Source: Candidatus Poribacteria bacterium
GTDB taxonomy: Bacteria; Poribacteria; WGA-4E; WGA-3G
Assembly: GCA_965205025.1 (NCBI GenBank)
Contig: CBDBFU010000028.1
Coordinates: forward strand, 192,001-256,000
Direction: 5' to 3'
DNA: 64,000 nt
A program made the position numbers and the translations under genes. Shown piece by piece: positions 1 through 7,579 of this stretch. The notes beneath the pieces were generated by a model, which ran no database searches, was not told where the DNA came from, and worked only from the letters and a program-made list of their open reading frames with translations. Positions within the stretch are counted from its first letter, which is position 1; each line of letters starts with the position of its first letter.

Positions 1-1
1 C

Positions 2-1054
2 GAACACATTTTAAATAAAGCCCTTGAGGGTGTGCGTTTGAATTTTGATGACGCACTTACACTTTTTAAGTCTTATGACCTACTCCCGTTAGGACATGCA
101 GCAGATGTTATTCGGCAGCGGAAACATTCTGAAGGGTTTATTACCTATATTGTAGATCGAAATATTAACTACACTAACTGGTGTTATGTGGATTGTGATT
201 TTTGTGCATTCTACCGGCACAGAAAAGATCCTGACGCCTATGTCATGGAACGTGAAGAACTTGGACAAAAAATACAAGAAACTATAGATTTGGGTGGTGA
301 ACTCATCCTAATGCAGGGTGGATTGCACCCTAAACTCAAATTGGAATGGTATGAAGATTTACTGAGATGGATTAAGTCTAATTATAAAATTCATGTCCAC
401 GGTTTCTCTCCACCTGAACTGGATTGGTTTGCAAAGATCAACCGTATGTCACTAAGAGACGTTCTTTCCAGACTTCGTGATGCAGGATTGGATTCAATCC
501 CTGGTGGAGGTGCTGAGATCTTAACCGATCATGCCAGAAATATTATTAGTCCAAAGAAGTGCACTGCAGATGAATGGCTTGAAGTCATGAGACAAGGTCA
601 TCTTGTCGGACTCAAATCAAGTGCTACAATGATGTATGGACACGTTGAAAGTTACGCTGAACGGGTTGAACATCTCATGAGACTACGCGATCTTCAAGAC
701 GAAACAGGTGGGTTTACCGCATTTATATGTTGGTCATTCCAACCCAACAATACTGAACTCTCACATATTCCCCCAGCAGGAAGTTTTGAGTATCTCAAGA
801 CATTGGCGATTTCACGCTTAGTTCTTGATAATATAGACAACTTCCAATCCTCATGGGTTACACAAGGTCCTAAAATAGGACAACTCTCATTAAAATTCGG
901 GGCTAACGATATGGGTGGGACAATGATTGAAGAGAATGTCGTTAGTAAAGCGGGTACAGTCTATTGTATGCCGATAGAAGAGATTGAACGCACAATATCT
1001 GAATTGGGTTTTATACCGAAACGCAGAAACTTCTTCTACGACATTCTAAATTAA
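2..1054 (+). CDS. mqnC: Cyclic dehypoxanthinyl futalosine synthase (radical SAM, futalosine menaquinone pathway), 5' partial
   Basis: DRNINYTN followed by CxxxCxxC (CYVDCDFC), LDSIPGGGAEIL, QSSWVTQG and GANDMGGTMIEENVV motifs; the frame is open from position 2, so the true start is probably left of the window. Confidence 0.88.
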   Translation, partial: EHILNKALEGVRLNFDDALTLFKSYDLLPLGHAADVIRQRKHSEGFITYIVDRNINYTNWCYVDCDFCAFYRHRKDPDAYVMEREELGQKIQETIDLGGELILMQGGLHPKLKLEWYEDLLRWIKSNYKIHVHGFSPPELDWFAKINRMSLRDVLSRLRDAGLDSIPGGGAEILTDHARNIISPKKCTADEWLEVMRQGHLVGLKSSATMMYGHVESYAERVEHLMRLRDLQDETGGFTAFICWSFQPNNTELSHIPPAGSFEYLKTLAISRLVLDNIDNFQSSWVTQGPKIGQLSLKFGANDMGGTMIEENVVSKAGTVYCMPIEEIERTISELGFIPKRRNFFYDILN

Positions 1055-1206
1055 ACGCGAGTTTGATAAAGTCCATTGTAGCGTAAACTTTCCAGTTTGC
1101 GCACATAGACCACAAACTGGAAAGTTTGTGGTACAAGAACAGTAAGGTGTGCCTTCCAAGAAAGGACATGTTTTGAGCTGATGCCATTTATTATCAAACT
1201 GGCGTT
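1054..1206. mobile_element. MITE family A copy 1 (153 bp) carrying an inverted REP doublet
   Basis: TIRs AACGCGAGTTTGATAA / TTATCAAACTGGCGTT (15/16); AAATTA duplicated at 1048-1053 and 1207-1212; internal GTAGCGTAAACTTTCCAGTTTGCG and CACAAACTGGAAAGTTTGTGGTAC. Confidence 0.8.
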
Positions 1207-1209
1207 AAA

Positions 1210-3165
1210 TTAACGATAATCCTCATGTATCCAAGGATTAGCCATCTTCTTCCGATTAGCAAACCAATTATCATAGGCTTGTTGTTTCTTAGTTTGAAGT
1301 AGGCTTCTCAGTCGGTCTTTTTTCTGTGTAGAATCCTTCTCAAACAGTTCTAAATCAGCTTCTTCCCGTTCAGTTAATTCAATAATATATGTAGATGAAT
1401 CCCCAGCCAGTGGTCCTTTCACATCTCCTACTGCCATATTAAAGGCTGCAAACATAACTGCTTGTGAGTTCCCCATACCAGAAACATAAGAACTACCAGG
1501 TGTAAGATTAAATAGATTGCTTTCTTGAACTGTTTTCTGTTCTGAAGATATACCCTCTGGTGCAGTATATTTCTTAAGTAAATCATCCAGAGATTCGGTG
1601 TCTGTCTTTTGTTTAACCAACGCTTGTGCATCTGCCAAAGCGAGTTCTTTTGCTTTTATATCTCTTAAATCGTCGATAACCTGGCTCTTTACATCATCAA
1701 AGGAAGGAATTGCTGCGGGTTTTTTACCAAGTACTTTTGCAACATAAAAGGCAGTAACATCTCCATTGTATTTCTTTGATTCAATAGTGTTAATTACCCC
1801 GACCTCCATGTCAAAAAGTTCCTCAAGTAAACCCTGATTACTCCACTTAGATCCTATTTCTGGTATCGTTACAACATCTTTATCGAAAAAACCTGTTTCA
1901 GCAACACTAAGTGAAAGATCTTTATATCTATCAAGTCCAATGGCAGTCTCATAATCTTCTACTTCAATATCAAACAATAAATCATCAGCAACTCTTTTTG
2001 CCTTATCAACACCAACAATTTTAATCACTTCTTCACGGATTTGATTCTCTACCTCAGGAAAAGGCTTTATACTACCCTCTAATTTCTCCTCTAATTTGAT
2101 GATATGATACCCATAAGAGGTTTCAACCAAACCGCTTACTTCGCCAGGTTGCAAAACATCGAAACAAGCTTCTTCAAATGGTTTTACCATATCTCCCCGT
2201 GCAAAATAATCCCCTGGTGGAAGATTAGGATTGCCACCCCGTAAAGCACCACCATTAGCCCCAGATGGTCCCTCTGAATGTGTTTTCGCTAAATCAGCAA
2301 AAGATGCTCCTGAAACTAATTCAGCATTAACTGTTTTTAATAATTCTTCAGCAGCAGTCTTTACTTCTGTTTTTTGTTCATCAGTCGCATTATCTGGAAA
2401 CACTTTCAATATATGCCGTGCTTTTACAACTTCAGGTGTAGTAAATTTACTCTGATTTTGGTTGTAGTAGTCCTCAATATCAGTTTTCGTTACAAAATCC
2501 TCAGGTTTAATTCGTATGAACTTCACATTTAACTGTTCTTCGTTTTTATACTTCGCTTGGTTCTCTTCGAAATACTTTTGAGCTTCAGCATCATCAACAT
2601 TTACTGTAGAACTATAATCACTATGTCGGAATTCGATATATTTGACCTTTGCTTTATTGGACTCCAGACGATATGCCTGTTCAGCTTCAGTATCTGTCAC
2701 CAACTCAAGACCTTGAATATTATCTCTTAGGAGTGTAGAACTTAGTTGTTGACGAATATTCTGCTTATACAATTCAGCCATTCCGAAACCTTCGTACTGA
2801 TTATATGCCTGAACACGGCTGCTATCACTCCGTATATATCGTTCAATCTCGGCATCACTAATCTTAGCACTACCTTCAATTGCCCTTCTGACTAAGAAGT
2901 CAATTATCTCTTTTTGTACAAACTTCTCATCTGGTTCTCCGCCATACTGCTGATTTCGACGGGATTGCATTTGGTCTGAAACCATCTTCTCAAAATTCCC
3001 GCGTGATACCTCTAAAGATTGTATCTTAACAACTACTTCTTCCTCAGTACCATCACCTTGTCCACCAGAACCACTATATAGCATAATAGATCCCACCACG
3101 AAAACTATGGCAATGACCCACATAAATATCTGCGCAATGAATTTCTCCCGAAGAAAGATGATCAT
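1210..3165 (-). CDS. PpiD/SurA-like membrane-anchored periplasmic peptidyl-prolyl isomerase
   Basis: N-terminal TM helix, SurA-N-like region, parvulin motifs VKARHIL, FADLAKTHS, MVKPFEEA, VETSYGYHIIK. Confidence 0.85.
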   Translation of the reverse strand: MIIFLREKFIAQIFMWVIAIVFVVGSIMLYSGSGGQGDGTEEEVVVKIQSLEVSRGNFEKMVSDQMQSRRNQQYGGEPDEKFVQKEIIDFLVRRAIEGSAKISDAEIERYIRSDSSRVQAYNQYEGFGMAELYKQNIRQQLSSTLLRDNIQGLELVTDTEAEQAYRLESNKAKVKYIEFRHSDYSSTVNVDDAEAQKYFEENQAKYKNEEQLNVKFIRIKPEDFVTKTDIEDYYNQNQSKFTTPEVVKARHILKVFPDNATDEQKTEVKTAAEELLKTVNAELVSGASFADLAKTHSEGPSGANGGALRGGNPNLPPGDYFARGDMVKPFEEACFDVLQPGEVSGLVETSYGYHIIKLEEKLEGSIKPFPEVENQIREEVIKIVGVDKAKRVADDLLFDIEVEDYETAIGLDRYKDLSLSVAETGFFDKDVVTIPEIGSKWSNQGLLEELFDMEVGVINTIESKKYNGDVTAFYVAKVLGKKPAAIPSFDDVKSQVIDDLRDIKAKELALADAQALVKQKTDTESLDDLLKKYTAPEGISSEQKTVQESNLFNLTPGSSYVSGMGNSQAVMFAAFNMAVGDVKGPLAGDSSTYIIELTEREEADLELFEKDSTQKKDRLRSLLQTKKQQAYDNWFANRKKMANPWIHEDYR

Positions 3166-3253
3166 ATATTTTTTATACTCCTCAATTTCAAATAATGCTA
3201 ATATTAATGATACTCTATCACTGACTATATTTCAATTAATTTTTCTTTAACAC

Positions 3254-3282
3254 TTGCATTTAGTTCTGTTTTATCATATAAT
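3254..3282 (+). promoter_or_regulatory. Sigma70-type promoter for the DNA glycosylase operon
   Basis: TTGCAT (3254-3259), 17 bp spacer, TATAAT (3277-3282). Confidence 0.6.
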
Positions 3283-3318
3283 TTGCAATCAGTGCCAATA
3301 ATTTGCAATCAGTACCAA
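3279..3318. repeat. Tandem 20-bp direct repeat (2 copies)
   Basis: TAATTTGCAATCAGTGCCAA followed by TAATTTGCAATCAGTACCAA (19/20). Confidence 0.85.
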
Positions 3319-4214
3319 TGGTAATAGATAATCTCAGGGATTTTTGTCTAAAATACACATTAGAATCCGGACAATCATTTAGATGGAGTCGTATTAATGA
3401 TGCTTATTACGGTGTTGTTGAAGGTAGAATACTCAGACTCCAACAAAAAAATAAAAGCACTTTAAAAATTGAGAGTTCTCGGAATGAAGATGAAGAAATC
3501 ATCACAAAATTCCTCTTTCATTATTTAGACTTGAATCGAGAATTGGCACCAATATTGACTGCTGTAAGGGTTGATGGGTATATTGCAAAAGCAATAGACC
3601 GTTTTTGGGGGATGCGTATTCTGAATCAGGAATTATGGGAAACTATAGCCTCATTTATTCTTTCTCAGAACAATAATATATCACGGATTCGAAATATTAT
3701 TCATACACTCTCTGAAAAATTCGGTCAAAAAATAGAATTTAACGGCTATGTGAATTATACATTTCCAACACCAAATTCACTTGCTGATGCAGGAATTGAT
3801 GAAATTTTTTCCTGTGGTACAGGATATCGAGCCAGATATTTATGGAATGCAGCAGCAAAGATCTCAAAAGGGGAACTCTTGCTGGATATGTTAAAAAGGT
3901 TGCCCTATACTGAAGCAAAAAATGAACTAATGAAGCTTGAAGGAGTAGGCGAGAAGGTCGCCGACTGCATTTGTCTATTTTCACTTGGACACCTTGAAGC
4001 ATTGCCAATAGATGTATGGATAAAACGGATCTTTGAACAGATATATTTACGTAAAAAAGCAAGTATGTTTGAAATACGTCAATTCGCCAAGAATTATTTT
4101 GGTAAAAATATTGGATACGCTCAACAATATCTATTTCATTATGCCCAAAGTAATCAAAATTGGGCAGACCCCAAACATTTGGCATTAAAAGATATACAAT
4201 ACAAGAAATCATGA
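3318..4214 (+). CDS. 8-oxoguanine DNA glycosylase (OGG1-like, HhH-GPD family)
   Basis: TLESGQSFRW N-terminus, SFILSQNNNISRI, GTGYRARY, HhH motif LEGVGEKVADC, PIDVW, GYAQQYLF. Confidence 0.85.
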   Translation: MVIDNLRDFCLKYTLESGQSFRWSRINDAYYGVVEGRILRLQQKNKSTLKIESSRNEDEEIITKFLFHYLDLNRELAPILTAVRVDGYIAKAIDRFWGMRILNQELWETIASFILSQNNNISRIRNIIHTLSEKFGQKIEFNGYVNYTFPTPNSLADAGIDEIFSCGTGYRARYLWNAAAKISKGELLLDMLKRLPYTEAKNELMKLEGVGEKVADCICLFSLGHLEALPIDVWIKRIFEQIYLRKKASMFEIRQFAKNYFGKNIGYAQQYLFHYAQSNQNWADPKHLALKDIQYKKS

Positions 4215-4251
4215 TAAGTTGTAGTACATATATTATATATAGGAGAAATCA

Positions 4252-4614
4252 ATGTCTGAAACAAGCAATAAAAACGTCGTTGCTATCTTAGAAGAACATG
4301 TAGAGCATGCAATCTCAACCGTCAAGACCTTAAGAGACCAGAAACTTGAACTTGAAGCAGAAGTTGCACGCCTTAATAATGATCTGATGCAGAGAGATGC
4401 CAAAATACAAGAATTGGAAACAGAAATAAGTGAAATGAAAGAAACCTCGGAATTAACTCGACAAGCAAGTGAAGAAGAAAGAGCAGCAATCCGACGACAA
4501 CTGGAAGGACTCATGCTCGGTCTTGCTGAACCCGATGGAAACGAAAGTCAAGTTGAGGAAATATCAGGTAATACTGAAAACGAGGTCACATTTACACGAA
4601 AAAATGATGTATAG
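4252..4614 (+). CDS. Coiled-coil protein, ZapB-like cell division factor
   Basis: AGGAG RBS; heptad pattern LEEHVEHAISTVKTLRDQKLELEAEV resembles ZapB. Confidence 0.5.
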   Translation: MSETSNKNVVAILEEHVEHAISTVKTLRDQKLELEAEVARLNNDLMQRDAKIQELETEISEMKETSELTRQASEEERAAIRRQLEGLMLGLAEPDGNESQVEEISGNTENEVTFTRKNDV

Positions 4615-4643
4615 TAGGTCATTATAAAGTGAAGTGGTAAACG

Positions 4644-5774
4644 GTGCGTGTCTTAGTTCTTTCTCATTCATATATAATGAAACCGTACCGGAGAAAGTTC
4701 ACCCTTATAGCAGCTAAACCAAATATCAGAGTACGAGTTCTCACACCCAATAAGTGGTACGAGAGTTTTCAAGAAATTAATTTCTCTCCCGATGAAAATA
4801 CTGACTGTGATGAAGTGGCTTGTCCAATTCGCTTCTCTGGCTATGGAAGTCGCTTCTATTATCGTGGGAATATAGCAAAGCATTTTAAGGACTTTAAACC
4901 TGATATTATTCATCTTGAAGAGGAAGCATGGAGTCTTAATGCTCTACAGACTGTGCGTCTAAAACGTAGATATTGTCCCAACAGTAAATTCATCTTTCGC
5001 ACCTCTCTCAGCATCCCTTCAAAACAACGTTTTGGCCCTTTACCAATCTGGATTGAAAAACGTGTATTCCGAGAAACAGATATTGCTTTCCCTCTAAGTA
5101 AAAATGCCGGTGAAATATTGAAACTGAGAGGGTACGAAGGCAAACAGATACCATTCCCTAACGGAGTAGATATTTCTCTATTTAATAAAAGGGATATGTA
5201 CCAATTAAAAGTTATACTCGGTATTCATGACTGCTTTGTCATCGGTTATATTGGCAGAATAATTCAAATGAAGGGGATTGACACCCTTATTGAAGCTGCA
5301 GCAAAGTTAAACTTCCCTTTCAAATTACTGATTGTTGGTAAAGGGGAAGACAAACCAATTTTCGAATCCCTCGCAGCAAAGCATCAAATCAATGAAAAAA
5401 TCGTTTGGATTGATGCTGTTCCCCCGGAAAAAGTCCCCGACTATCTAAACTGCATGAATACGTTAGTTCTACCCTCACGGACTACCTCGGATTGGGTGGA
5501 GTTTTTCGGTAGAGTCCTAATCGAAGGTATGGCATGTGAAGTTCCTGTCATCGGATCTAATTCTGGTGAAATACCACATGTAATCGGAGATGCAGGCTTG
5601 GTTTTCACAGAAGGAGACGCATCTGAATTAGCTGAGAAAATAAAAATAATTGCAGATGAACCCACACTATACAATACTTTTCAAAAACGTGGCTTAGAAA
5701 GAGTACAAGAATTTACATGGGAGACAATTGCAAAACGAACTTATGATGTCTATCAAAACCTGTTAGCAAATTAA
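4644..5774 (+). CDS. Glycosyltransferase family 4
   Basis: PNGVD, GYIGRIIQMKG, EFFGRVLIEGMACEVPVIGS (E-x7-E motif). Confidence 0.88.
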   Translation: MRVLVLSHSYIMKPYRRKFTLIAAKPNIRVRVLTPNKWYESFQEINFSPDENTDCDEVACPIRFSGYGSRFYYRGNIAKHFKDFKPDIIHLEEEAWSLNALQTVRLKRRYCPNSKFIFRTSLSIPSKQRFGPLPIWIEKRVFRETDIAFPLSKNAGEILKLRGYEGKQIPFPNGVDISLFNKRDMYQLKVILGIHDCFVIGYIGRIIQMKGIDTLIEAAAKLNFPFKLLIVGKGEDKPIFESLAAKHQINEKIVWIDAVPPEKVPDYLNCMNTLVLPSRTTSDWVEFFGRVLIEGMACEVPVIGSNSGEIPHVIGDAGLVFTEGDASELAEKIKIIADEPTLYNTFQKRGLERVQEFTWETIAKRTYDVYQNLLAN

Positions 5775-5831
5775 GATTGGATCAGGAAAGTAAACCAGAT
5801 AGGTTATATTGAGTTTGATAAGTTGGAAGGA

Positions 5832-5914
5832 TGCCCCCGACTGGACTCGAACCAGCATGCCAATTAAGGCACAGGCCCTCAACCTGCCGTGTATACCAAT
5901 TCCACCACAGGGGC
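5832..5914 (-). tRNA. tRNA-Leu(GAG), no encoded CCA
   Basis: Reverse complement GCCCCTGTGGTGGAATTGGTATACACGGCAGGTTGAGGGCCTGTGCCTTAATTGGCATGCTGGTTCGAGTCCAGTCGGGGGCA: anticodon stem GCAGG/CCTGT with GAG, long variable arm, GGTTCGAGTCC T-arm. Confidence 0.95.
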
Positions 5915-5930
5915 ATTGAAGACACTTATA

Positions 5931-5959
5931 ATTATACTTTTTCAAGGTCTATTTGTCAA
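5931..5959 (-). promoter_or_regulatory. Perfect consensus sigma70 promoter of tRNA-Leu
   Basis: Minus strand TTGACA (5959-5954), 17 bp spacer, TATAAT (5936-5931). Confidence 0.85.
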
Positions 5960-6132
5960 GTATTTTAAGGTATTCGGGTGTGTAAAGTTTATGGCATTAA
6001 TTTACTTAATATAAACTGTATCAAATTCTAATTTCACACTTTTTCCATAAGACTTAAAAAAATTGAAGAAAATATAAACATCTAACAACTAACACACATA
6101 TATCACAATAACATAAAATAAATTAAATATAA

Positions 6133-6161
6133 TTGTCAAAATATAAACAAAATGTTATAAT
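6133..6161 (+). promoter_or_regulatory. Near-consensus extended -10 promoter inside the TIR element
   Basis: TTGTCA, 17 bp spacer ending TGT, TATAAT. Confidence 0.45.
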
Positions 6162-6878
6162 ACTATATCGTTCAATAATTATAAACTAAAGACAATACAT
6201 TACTTGGAAGATACGAAATATTATTTATACCGTGAAAGGGTAACTATTTTCTAATTATTTAGGCTTCTAAACTTTATGCCAAATTCAACCAAATCCACTA
6301 TCTGGGAAATAGGAAAATCCATGTTAGAATTACAACGAAAATGTTCAGAATTAACACCTTATAAGCAGATACAGAGGAAAATCAATCCGAATTTAACCGA
6401 ATATTTTTTTAGTTTTAAAATTTTACACCTATTACTCAAATCCTTTGTTATCCCAACCCCCAACAGGGTTTACGGCGCATTAAAAAATCATTTCTTAAAA
6501 AGCAACTAAAAAAACTTGAAAAACTAAAAATTAGACCGACTTCAAACAAAACAGACTATCATGCACACCAGAAAACTACAGTGTATCTCATTACTACGAA
6601 TCGTCCATACAGATATAATTCTCTTCATAGGATCAAAGAGAAAAGTAAAAGACACAAAATTCATCACCACTTTATAATTTTTACAAATTCTTGTAACCTT
6701 AAAAAAGTGGCTCTAAACTTAGTATAGGACTAACGGGAGAGGGATTTTATCAATGTCACACCGTGTGACAAAAAGTGTAACTATTTTCAACACTATAATT
6801 TTGACAATTCTATTTCAGGGGGGAACTAAGAATCTAATGATAAGTCTATTTTTTGGAGTTTTCTATATCAAAAATACC

Positions 6879-6949
6879 GTACTCCAGCGGAGTACTATGT
6901 CTATAGAAAACAATATCGGAACAGGCTGCACTCCAGCGGAGTGCTATGT
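6879..6949. repeat. Two direct copies of a palindromic REP-like unit
   Basis: GTACTCCAGCGGAGTACTATGT (6879-6900) and GCACTCCAGCGGAGTGCTATGT (6928-6949), with compensatory stem changes. Confidence 0.8.
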
Positions 6950-7198
6950 ACCAATACACTTCGTATGAAAAACATCATATAGACACTTAATATACACTAA
7001 AGTTATATCATAATTAACGAATGTGATTCACGGAGAATTGGTATGTTTAAATTATAAACCCTTATAGAATAAGGCTTCGTAGAATTGCTCCGTGAAGGTT
7101 TCCGTGAAAGTGCAACCATTTCAAGACGACAAAAATTAACAGTTATTACAATACACAGTATCCATACATCTAACATGACTGGAGAATAGATGTATACT

Positions 7199-7342
7199 AA
7201 CGCAAGCTTGATAAATAAGAAATGTCAGTTCTATAAACAGTATTTGTCATGAGGATAGCCTTTGTAGCACAAACTTTCCAGTTTGTGCACTCTGGTGTTA
7301 GTTTATACATCGGGTTACAATGTATCTTTTCAAACTCACGTT
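7199..7342. mobile_element. MITE family A copy 2 (144 bp, inverted relative to the copy at 30078)
   Basis: Ends AACGCAAGCTTGATAA / TTTTCAAACTCACGTT; ATACT duplicated on both sides; internal REP GTAGCACAAACTTTCCAGTTTGTGCAC; collinear with 30078-30221. Confidence 0.8.
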
Positions 7343-7346
7343 ATAC

Positions 7347-7462
7347 TAAGCAATATTAAATAATAATCTTGTGATTTTCAATAGGTGTTCAAACCGTAGG
7401 GGCGGGGTTAACCCGACCGTCATTGACGCACAATGTAAATATTTAATATTGAAAATTGCTTA
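7347..7462. mobile_element. MITE-like element family C with an internal GTAG REP
   Basis: Ends TAAGCAATATTAAATA / TATTTAATATTGAAAATTGCTTA; internal GTAGGGGCGGGGTTAACCCGACCG at 7396. Confidence 0.5.
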
Positions 7463-7579
7463 AAGATGATACTTAAGATAAATATTGGTATCCAGGTACG
7501 ATAGCAGCGTAATGTTTAATGACAAAAACTTTACACACCCGAGGTATTCCATAGAGACACTAAATAGGATTACAAACAC

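Larger units (their letters stand above)
5975..7541. mobile_element. Non-autonomous TIR element of about 1.57 kb (IS256-like ends, no transposase) containing nested MITEs and REPs
   Basis: TIRs CGGGTGTGTAAAGTTTATGGCATTAA / TTAATGACAAAAACTTTACACACCCG (24/26); AGGTATT(C) direct repeat at 5968 and 7542. Confidence 0.75.

Noticed and set aside
6879-6949. Possible mini-CRISPR (22-bp palindromic repeats with a 27-bp spacer)
   Set aside because: Only two non-identical units and no cas genes; compensatory stem changes fit a REP better
6276-6968. Short ORFs 6276-6509 and 6753-6968 as real genes
   Set aside because: No recognisable motifs; the second runs through REP repeats; a small peptide cannot be fully excluded
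5832-7541. tRNA-anchored genomic island or prophage
   Set aside because: No integrase and no duplicated tRNA 3' end; the element lies upstream of the tRNA promoter and is bounded by TIRs
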